Below, in pieces: positions 27,900 to 34,843 of a stretch of DNA of 34,843 nt. Below the pieces are notes generated by a model. The model was given only the letters and a program-made list of their open reading frames with translations. It did not search any database and was not told the DNA's origin. Positions within the stretch are counted from its first letter, which is position 1, and every line of letters starts with the position of its first letter. Source of the DNA: Fibrobacterota bacterium (GTDB taxonomy: Bacteria > Fibrobacterota > Fibrobacteria > UBA11236); assembly GCA_043753995.1 (NCBI GenBank), contig JAYUVP010000170.1, forward strand, positions 1 through 34,843. Direction: 5' to 3'. The position numbers and the translations under genes are program-made.

Positions 27900-30551
27900 A
27901 TGAAAGACAACGAAACCGTCCTATTACCTCCGCCCCAATCGCCTCAGGGCCTATTGCCGCCGCCACCAAGCCGGCGGCAAAACCTGACCCGCATGATGAA
28001 GGCTTCGGTGCGCGTGGAGAGCCACGAAGTCGCCACGGTTTGGGCTATCGTCTTCGATTTATTTCGAATCACGGTATTCTTGCTTCCGGTTTTGCTTCCC
28101 GGCATTTGGGCTTTTATCTATCGCGATGCCGTGCTGGCCTGGGTGGATCGCGTGCCCATGTGGGGCGGTCTAGGTTTACTGGGTTCTTTCGCTGTGCTTT
28201 TTGTGCAATTCCGCTTGGTGCCGCGCATACCGGGCATCAAGGTCGGCGAGGCCTGGGACCATTTACGGGCTCAGGGCGCCGAGTGCCTCGACTATTTGCT
28301 TGTCAATCGCTTTGGCACCACCCTTTTTGTTTTGCAGGCCGCCACCTTTCTCGCCGTACCCCAAGGTACCGAAACCTTGCGCACCCTCTTTGAGCAACAC
28401 CGCTCCGGGGGCTGGTCCATTCTTCGCCTGGGATTTTTTTGGCTTTCCCTGCTTTTGCTTTCGGTGTCTCAGTGGTATGGAGCACGCCATTTATTAGACA
28501 AGTATCGCAAGTCGAAACATCCGCATAGTGCCATTCTACTCGGACTACCCCGCCTGCTTGGCATTGGCGTCCCCCTGATTATGGGGCTAGCCATGCATCA
28601 AGCGTCCCTCGCTTATTTGACTGAACCCGCAGACTGGCGATTTTGGCTCGGTCCCGTGCCCATGCTTCTCGTCGTCATCGCCGGACCCCGTCTCATGCCA
28701 GTTACCCTGTTTGCCTTACTTCTCCTTTATAGCTCCTACTATTTGCTATTCGGTTTCGTGCTTTCTGGCCATCCACCCTTGAAATCGCCATGGCATACCC
28801 TTAACTATTCCGCCTTGATCTGCACCTTCATGGCATGGCTGCTTTCCATGGCATTTTCCATGCGCCGACGCTGGCTCGAAGAAACCGAAGGCCTTATCCC
28901 TACCGATGGTTTGGGCCCCCCCTGGACTATACGCTTTTTCCGGAATTGCTTTTCCCCGCGCCATTATCTGTTTTCCGTATTGCTATTCGCGGCTCTGGTT
29001 GCCTTAATGTCTTGGTATCACGATTTGCCTGTTTTTTTGGGCTCGGCAGCACTATTCCTATTCGCAGCGGGAACCTTCACTCGTATTGGCGCGGCTTTGG
29101 CACATTTCTCCGAAGAGCGGCATTTCCCGGTATATACGGTCATGGTCGCGGCCTTGGTGGGATTCGGACTCATCAATGACAATCATCCCGTGCGGCAAAT
29201 CCGCAGGCTAGAGCCCATTGCCCCTCTCAATTCCAATATTCGAAATTTCGTCGCCTCCTGGCTCGACGGCGCACTCGATCGTTGTCCCGAAGCACAGGAA
29301 ACTGGCGTGTTACCTGTCTTCCTCTTTGCGGCCGAGGGCGGTGGTGTACGCGCGGCCTATTGGACAGCCTCGGTGCTTTCCGGGTTGCAAGATCGCAACT
29401 CTTGCCTCGCGGGTCTCACCTTGGCGCTTTCCGGCGTTTCTGGCGGAGCCCTCGGCAGTTCCGTATTTGCCGCCCAAGTGGCCCAGCGCCATGCTCTTCC
29501 AGTTACGGGCGAAACCATGTCGCCACCGCCGGATCCAAATCCCGAATGCCGCGATTTCGATTGGAAGTATCGCCGCGGTTACCTCCCTTGTTCGCGTGCC
29601 GTGCTAGGAGCCGACTTCCTTTCGCCGGCCTTGGGCACCATGCTCTATCCGGATTTGCTACAGCGCTTCCTGCCCTTTCCAGTGGCCTTTTTCGATCGCG
29701 CCACGGCCTTGGAAAAAAGCTTTGAAACCAGTTGGAAGCGCACCATGGGCACTCGTCTTTTCGAAGCCCCCTTTGACAGTCTCTGGCGTGTTACGGCATC
29801 GCCCTATGATGTACCCGCGCTATTTCTGAATGGTACATGGGTGGAAAATGGCTGGCGCATTGTCGCTTCGCCTATTGCCACCGATACCGGCGATTGCTCC
29901 GCCTCCGAGGACTTGCGACGCTTCGTCGATCACCCCGTGCGCCTTTCCACCGCAGCCCACTTGAGCGCGCGCTTCACCTATGTTTCCCCCGCAGGAACTT
30001 TGCACCGCTACGATTCCTTGACCCAACGCAATCGCATTTCCGGACATGTCGTCGATGGTGGCTATTTCGAAAACAGTGGCACCGCCACCTTGATTGAAAT
30101 ACTCGACGGATTGCGCGACACTCTGGAGCACTTGGACTACCGCTGGATGGATTCGCGCGGACGCGTTTTCAGGGTGGCCCCCCATATCGGCATCATTCGT
30201 TTTCAAAGCAAGCCTCTCCGTGGTGAAAGGCATTTTCCCGACCTCAGGACTCCGGCACCGCAAGCTTTTCTGGTGGAATCTTCGGCACCCTTCAATGCCT
30301 TGCTAAAGTCGCGCAATGCCCGCGGCGAACAATCGGTACGAGCGGTAAAAAACCGAATCGACCGCATGCGCCTCCTCCAAAACCCAGTCGCCCGATCCCA
30401 ATTCTTCGAATTCACCTTGCGCGACGAAGGCGGCCCTTTGCCACTTGGCTGGTCCCTCTCCTCAGCGGCTCAAGAGGAAATCAATGGCCAACTTCTACGC
30501 TTGCTCGATTCCTCAGATGTAGGAGAACAAGTGACGAGTATAATACCTTAA
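27900..30551 (+). CDS. Multi-pass membrane protein with C-terminal patatin-like phospholipase domain
   Basis: Many hydrophobic segments in the N-terminal ~430 aa; GGGVRA oxyanion motif, GVSGG nucleophile (GxSxG) and DGGYFENSG catalytic Asp. Start uncertain. Confidence 0.85.
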   Translation: MKDNETVLLPPPQSPQGLLPPPPSRRQNLTRMMKASVRVESHEVATVWAIVFDLFRITVFLLPVLLPGIWAFIYRDAVLAWVDRVPMWGGLGLLGSFAVLFVQFRLVPRIPGIKVGEAWDHLRAQGAECLDYLLVNRFGTTLFVLQAATFLAVPQGTETLRTLFEQHRSGGWSILRLGFFWLSLLLLSVSQWYGARHLLDKYRKSKHPHSAILLGLPRLLGIGVPLIMGLAMHQASLAYLTEPADWRFWLGPVPMLLVVIAGPRLMPVTLFALLLLYSSYYLLFGFVLSGHPPLKSPWHTLNYSALICTFMAWLLSMAFSMRRRWLEETEGLIPTDGLGPPWTIRFFRNCFSPRHYLFSVLLFAALVALMSWYHDLPVFLGSAALFLFAAGTFTRIGAALAHFSEERHFPVYTVMVAALVGFGLINDNHPVRQIRRLEPIAPLNSNIRNFVASWLDGALDRCPEAQETGVLPVFLFAAEGGGVRAAYWTASVLSGLQDRNSCLAGLTLALSGVSGGALGSSVFAAQVAQRHALPVTGETMSPPPDPNPECRDFDWKYRRGYLPCSRAVLGADFLSPALGTMLYPDLLQRFLPFPVAFFDRATALEKSFETSWKRTMGTRLFEAPFDSLWRVTASPYDVPALFLNGTWVENGWRIVASPIATDTGDCSASEDLRRFVDHPVRLSTAAHLSARFTYVSPAGTLHRYDSLTQRNRISGHVVDGGYFENSGTATLIEILDGLRDTLEHLDYRWMDSRGRVFRVAPHIGIIRFQSKPLRGERHFPDLRTPAPQAFLVESSAPFNALLKSRNARGEQSVRAVKNRIDRMRLLQNPVARSQFFEFTLRDEGGPLPLGWSLSSAAQEEINGQLLRLLDSSDVGEQVTSIIP

Positions 30552-30628
30552 ACATTTTTTGAGGGTGAAGAGGAAGGGACGGTCTAATTCGTTGCTGCCT
30601 AACTCCAACGGACAGAAAAAGGGATGCA

Positions 30629-31027
30629 ATGCCATACGATCTTAGGTTTTCAAAGGCATTTAAGACAGAAGACAAGGGTCAGTACTTAAATGAATGCTGC
30701 GTAGGAGGTGACATTGTATTGGCCGAAATTCAAAAGGCTCCTTTTGTTTCCCTCCAAGCCAATGAAAAGGTTTCGCATGGGCAGGAAGATTGGGGATGGT
30801 ATTTGTGGTTCTGGCGAGGAAATGCAAAGTTTGAAATTAGCATTTGTCTTGATGAAGATGACAATCAAGAATTCCGAATCCATATAATCCGGCAAATAAA
30901 AGCCGGTTTGTTTTCCAAGAAAATGGAAGATAATGAAGAATTAAAAACGATTCAAAATGAAGTGAAAGTTCAAATAGAGTCTTGGACCGGGAAAACTTGC
31001 ATATCCCAAAAGATAGAGTTGGAGTAA
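30629..31027 (+). CDS. Hypothetical protein (low GC)
   Basis: 132-aa ORF in AT-rich DNA with AAGGGA upstream; contains QEDWGW. Confidence 0.7.
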   Translation: MPYDLRFSKAFKTEDKGQYLNECCVGGDIVLAEIQKAPFVSLQANEKVSHGQEDWGWYLWFWRGNAKFEISICLDEDDNQEFRIHIIRQIKAGLFSKKMEDNEELKTIQNEVKVQIESWTGKTCISQKIELE

Positions 31028-31132
31028 AGCGGATTCGTATGGAATGTCCCTAGATTCAGATTAAAATAGTAGGCTCACTATTTAATGATTGATACGCTCG
31101 AAGAGTCAGCCCGAGAATGAGAATAAGAAACA

Positions 31133-31666
31133 CTATGTTACCTTGGAAACAATTTTACGAATCATGGCCCGAACAATAAGCTTATGCAGTGGTTTCACGG
31201 GCAAAAAATAAAGTCTACCAAATAATCCATGAAACTTAACCGTTGTCGAAAAAATCAAATTGTACTGGAATGGATTTTCTCCTGAATTACGTTCAAGAAA
31301 AAATGAGGCTCTAAAATTCAAGTGCCAATCGTCTTCGCCGCAGAGGATTTCCCTTTGATTTTTATCCAAGATTTTAAAGAGACCTAAAGTTTTTCCCTTT
31401 TCAAAATCGGAATCTTGTAATTCAGTGGGTGGCTTGCCATGGGGCGTTTTTAAACCCAGGACGCGAACGAGTTCGTTCCTCAATCGGAAGAGTAAGCTTA
31501 TCCACTTTGGAGAAGCACTAAAAAAAGCTCTCGCCACATCTTCTATGGATAAGGCTTTTTTTGCACTGAAAGCGCTGGCATAAGCATCAGCATAGTCAAC
31601 GCGGTCCAGGGCTGTACTAATGTGTGAATTTGTCGGAAGAGGGCATTTGGAGATCTGCACTGACAT
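31133..31666 (-). CDS. DUF2867-like protein
   Basis: DY-DAY, P-W---L--LRN-LV--LGL, G-F, EI--G-DD-HL-FR-S, T-V-FH---GR-YF--VKP-H--IV motifs. Confidence 0.85.
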   Translation of the reverse strand: MSVQISKCPLPTNSHISTALDRVDYADAYASAFSAKKALSIEDVARAFFSASPKWISLLFRLRNELVRVLGLKTPHGKPPTELQDSDFEKGKTLGLFKILDKNQREILCGEDDWHLNFRASFFLERNSGENPFQYNLIFSTTVKFHGLFGRLYFLPVKPLHKLIVRAMIRKIVSKVT

Positions 31667-31715
31667 TCATCCTATTTTTTCCTCAGGATAGGTAAAGTAA
31701 AGCATATTTCCAACA

Positions 31716-32114
31716 ATGAACTATTTCTGGATACTCTCGGCTATTATTTGTTTTGCAACTGCGTTACTTCATACAATAGGAGGTCAATTTGAAATAGTAA
31801 GGCCCTTAATCAAATCGGAATTGAAACCTGTTCCTAAGGGTGTGATGCACGCTTGCTGGCATATGGTTACAATTGTATTGTTCGGCTCATCCTTTGCCCT
31901 AGCATGGATTGGAATGGCAACATATAAAGAAGGATTTCAAATTCTTGCAGCCGTCATTGGCGTGCAATTCATTGGGTTCTCCATCGTATTTCTTTTCCTC
32001 ACCTTGAGGGAAAGCGGGAAAAAGAAGCTTCTTATTTTGCCGCAGTGGATATTGCTTTTGCCTATTGGAATTTTATCGATACTGGGATTGGCTCAATACT
32101 CATCCACGCATTAG
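31716..32114 (+). CDS. Small integral membrane protein (about 4 TM)
   Basis: Hydrophobic segments; H--GG, CWH--T and LPQW motifs. Confidence 0.75.
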   Translation: MNYFWILSAIICFATALLHTIGGQFEIVRPLIKSELKPVPKGVMHACWHMVTIVLFGSSFALAWIGMATYKEGFQILAAVIGVQFIGFSIVFLFLTLRESGKKKLLILPQWILLLPIGILSILGLAQYSSTH

Positions 32115-32132
32115 GCGTGGAGACCACTTTCA

Positions 32133-32735
32133 CTATCGGTGATGCAGCGTGATCTCGGCTGCGTCCCGCAGTAGATCGATTCGGTGCACCTGCACCTTGA
32201 TCACGACATGTCCTGTGCGCTCTAGGATGTCCTTGGTCAGGGCCTCCTCGCAGCCGGGCTTTAGCAGGTCCAACCTGTCATAAAGCATGGGAACGGCGGT
32301 CACCGCTCCCCTGGCGCTTTTACGCTCCAGCCAGGCCGCCACGCCCACGATGACGGTATTCACCAGCAGGATTTCCGCGAGGCTCACGCCTTTGTTCGCA
32401 ACCGAATTCAAAATCGCGATTCCGATCACGATGAAGAGGTAGGTCAGATCGCGGTTGCGTATCTGCTCCGTCCGGTACCGCAAAATGCCGAAGACCCCGA
32501 AGATGGCCAAGGCAAAGCCCAGTTCCGCGGGAACCTTGCTGAGCAGGAGGCAAAGGAAGAAGGTGATGAGGTTGAACAGATAGAAGGTGAATACGAATTC
32601 ACGATTGCCGTGGATACGGTGGTAGATGCCCTTGATGACCAGGGACGCGAAGAAAAAATCGAGGCTGAAACGAGAGAGGAGCTCTCTCATGTCTCGCCAT
32701 TCGATCAGGGTTAAGAATCCGAAAGGTTCGTTCAT
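32133..32735 (-). CDS. DUF4956 membrane protein
   Basis: G----IFG-F-ILRYRT------DLTYLF--I-I motif; ATGA-coupled to the VTC gene. Confidence 0.9.
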   Translation of the reverse strand: MNEPFGFLTLIEWRDMRELLSRFSLDFFFASLVIKGIYHRIHGNREFVFTFYLFNLITFFLCLLLSKVPAELGFALAIFGVFGILRYRTEQIRNRDLTYLFIVIGIAILNSVANKGVSLAEILLVNTVIVGVAAWLERKSARGAVTAVPMLYDRLDLLKPGCEEALTKDILERTGHVVIKVQVHRIDLLRDAAEITLHHR

Positions 32736-33487
32736 CTCAGGTAGCCCTCCAAGGCGCGCATGCCAGCCAGGAGCCGGTTATGGCGCAGTTCGTTATGTGT
32801 GGATAGTATTCCGATGCAATATTTACTGGCCCAACTGGCCCGGATCCCCAGGGTGCGTAAAGCGAGCATCACGGGGGAATGACGCGAGAACGGCCATTGC
32901 TTAACCTCCACGATCACCGCCCCCGCCAGGGTACGGACCGGGTCCCGCAAGCCCTGCGGATTTTCCGTCGCGAATAAGAGGTCCTGGTCGATGGTCACCC
33001 TTTCATTGGCCTGCAGTCCGATCAAGGTCAGACGGCGATACTCGCTGCGGATCTGCGGGATCACATTGCGGCTCAGCCCGGTCCGGGCGCGAATGAATTC
33101 CTGATCGGCTTCCGAAAGCATTGGCTCCGACGACGCGCGGTATAAACGCAACTTCAATGTCTGCATTTCGCTCCGGCGAGTCTTGATCTCGAGGTAGCAT
33201 GTGGCGCGCTCGGGATGGGCCCGCAGGCGCACCTTATGCCGCACGCCCCGGCCTCGGCGATGGTCCTGGAACAAGCGCAGATCCGGCGTGTCGTAATACA
33301 GCGTTCGGTAGGCATCCGGGGCCGCGAGGGAGGCGTAGTCGCCAGCAAGCGCAGCTACCAGTGCGGGCAGCAGAGAGTGTGGCACCACGAACTTGGAATC
33401 AGCGCGGCGTTGCAAGGCGCGCCGGTCAATGAGATCCTCCGCCGCGCGAGTGAAGACTTCGTAGAACTGCCCTAGATCCGGACCCAT
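32732..33487 (-). CDS. VTC / polyphosphate-polymerase-domain (CYTH-like) protein
   Basis: R-DSKF, Y-TLYYDT-D, R-KVR-R, YLEIK, Y-R-TL, ERVTID, IVEVK and SKY motifs. Start moved to ATG 33487 (GAGG upstream, after the porin stop). Confidence 0.9.
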   Translation of the reverse strand: MGPDLGQFYEVFTRAAEDLIDRRALQRRADSKFVVPHSLLPALVAALAGDYASLAAPDAYRTLYYDTPDLRLFQDHRRGRGVRHKVRLRAHPERATCYLEIKTRRSEMQTLKLRLYRASSEPMLSEADQEFIRARTGLSRNVIPQIRSEYRRLTLIGLQANERVTIDQDLLFATENPQGLRDPVRTLAGAVIVEVKQWPFSRHSPVMLALRTLGIRASWASKYCIGILSTHNELRHNRLLAGMRALEGYLR

Positions 33488-33497
33488 TCTCACCGCC

Positions 33498-34535
33498 TCA
33501 GAATTTGACTTGGAGCCAGGCATAGGCTTTGTCATCCGCGCGAACGCCATCCCGCAATTGGCGCAATTCATAGTTAAGGAGCACCCGCACGGGTTCGTCG
33601 GGCAGACCCCAGAAGGCGCCGAAGGTCCAGCGGGTGAAATCCTCTCCCAGGCCATCGTAGCGGAGGAGGGGCCCAAGGCGCCAAGGCGTCTTTGCAACCA
33701 AGGTGACGTAGTACCCAAAAGGCTCATCGGTTTCACGGGTCGCCTTCACTTCATCCCATCCCAACACGTATTCGGCGGCCAGGAAGAAGTACCGATGATC
33801 GGCTTCCAAATCCGCTCCCAAGCGCCGGAAGATCAAAGTGGTGTCATCGAGGGGTAGCGCAGGGTCGCCGCGATCGATGTAATCGCCGGCGCCGCCGGAA
33901 ACACCCAGCCGCGCATGCAAATTGGAGGCATCCGGCTTATAGCGAAGTCCTAGACGCCCCCAGACATTCTTCGCCGGGGTATCATCGGCCTGCACATTCA
34001 TGCCGGCGCCATTGCTGACCGTCATCGCATCCTCGATGCGCCAGCCGTCGCCCAGCTTGAGGTTTCCGATGAGGCCGAGGCCGATATCCCGCAGATTGAC
34101 GCCCCGCGACAAGGCATCCGAGACCTCGGCTCGATTCACGGTGAACAGACGGGTGGAGGATTCCGGATTCTCGTATCCGAATTGCTGTTTCTGCTGGCCG
34201 ATGCGGAGCTTGTGCCGCGGAATGAGCTTGAGAGTCACATAGGCGTCACGTAGCAGGCCAGTCACCTCCGGGGCACGGGGGTCCATCTCCAGATCGTAGG
34301 ACAGCCAGCGAGATACATCGCCCTCGATCCCGATCCGCACCCGTTGCACGCGGAAGTCGTCATTGTCGACCACCGGATCGGCACCGGTCGCATAGGCTTG
34401 CCGGTAATGGACCTGGATATACCCGCCCACGGTGGGGCCCCGCAGGGAATCGATGGCATCCTTGCCCCCTTTGGCGCGGGTCAGGGTGGATGTGGAGAGA
34501 ATGACGGACGCGATGATGACGATGGCTTTTCCCAT
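33498..34535 (-). CDS. Phosphate-selective porin OprO/OprP-like outer-membrane protein
   Basis: Signal peptide; GYIQ, F-V-R-R----G, L-DAY, GQ-K--FG-E, RD-G and NG-G-N motifs; C-terminal Phe (QVKF). Confidence 0.85.
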   Translation of the reverse strand: MGKAIVIIASVILSTSTLTRAKGGKDAIDSLRGPTVGGYIQVHYRQAYATGADPVVDNDDFRVQRVRIGIEGDVSRWLSYDLEMDPRAPEVTGLLRDAYVTLKLIPRHKLRIGQQKQQFGYENPESSTRLFTVNRAEVSDALSRGVNLRDIGLGLIGNLKLGDGWRIEDAMTVSNGAGMNVQADDTPAKNVWGRLGLRYKPDASNLHARLGVSGGAGDYIDRGDPALPLDDTTLIFRRLGADLEADHRYFFLAAEYVLGWDEVKATRETDEPFGYYVTLVAKTPWRLGPLLRYDGLGEDFTRWTFGAFWGLPDEPVRVLLNYELRQLRDGVRADDKAYAWLQVKF

Positions 34536-34574
34536 GCCGAGAACCTAACCAACGATTCTGGAGCAATTTTGTAG

Positions 34575-34843
34575 TTAGGGCCGGGGTAGAAAGGAAACCG
34601 TGAGAATGTGAAAACCTTCCTGGTAACGGTAGCCCAGGTGGTACCCACTCAATGCGCAGATTTTCCGGGCAATGGACAGACCCAGCCCCAGCGACCCCGA
34701 GGATTGGTTCGCCTTGCGGAAGCGTTCAAAGAGTTTTTCCGGATCGGTCGGCAGGGCGGGACCCGTATTGCGGAGGGTGAGTGAATGCGCTTCCGCGCAA
34801 ACCTCGATGCGGCCGCCGGCCACATTGTGCTGAATCGCATTGC
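34575..34843 (-). CDS. Sensor histidine kinase, C-terminal HATPase fragment (truncated by window edge)
   Basis: The frame stays open to the edge: N-box NAIQHN, G1 NTG, F-box LFERF, G2 GLGLSI. Confidence 0.9.
   Translation of the reverse strand, partial: NAIQHNVAGGRIEVCAEAHSLTLRNTGPALPTDPEKLFERFRKANQSSGSLGLGLSIARKICALSGYHLGYRYQEGFHILTVSFLPRP

Noticed and set aside
518..30415. Numerous antisense and alternate-frame ORFs (e.g. 1233-2009, 15647-16627, 16940-17773, 21087-21911)
   Set aside because: They overlap well-supported genes and lack recognisable motifs; such shadow ORFs are expected in GC-rich DNA.

Overview
Positions ~342-27862 (+ strand) hold a single co-directional operon of 20 genes, many translationally coupled, that encodes an extracellular contractile injection system (eCIS; Afp/PVC-like, DUF6519-associated type). 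Gene order: sheath, tube, T4 baseplate-hub-chaperone-like protein, low-complexity protein, Pvc16/DUF4255 terminator, Afp15-like AAA+ ATPase, a four-gene putative cargo block (Cys-rich HExxH protein, small conserved protein, two DUF4157 proteins with unrelated C-termini), tube-initiator-like protein, LysM protein, hub, gp5-like spike, PAAR-like tip, gp25, two baseplate-J proteins, a tail/wedge protein and a 1543-aa modular DUF6519 protein. A multi-pass membrane patatin-like phospholipase follows on the same strand. No capsid, terminase, integrase, lysis or T6SS membrane-complex genes are visible. After it come a low-GC three-gene patch (hypothetical, DUF2867-like, membrane protein) and a minus-strand module (partial sensor kinase, phosphate-porin-like protein, VTC-domain protein, DUF4956). 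A probable divergent gene runs off the left edge. All family assignments come from motif recognition and synteny, not from database searches.
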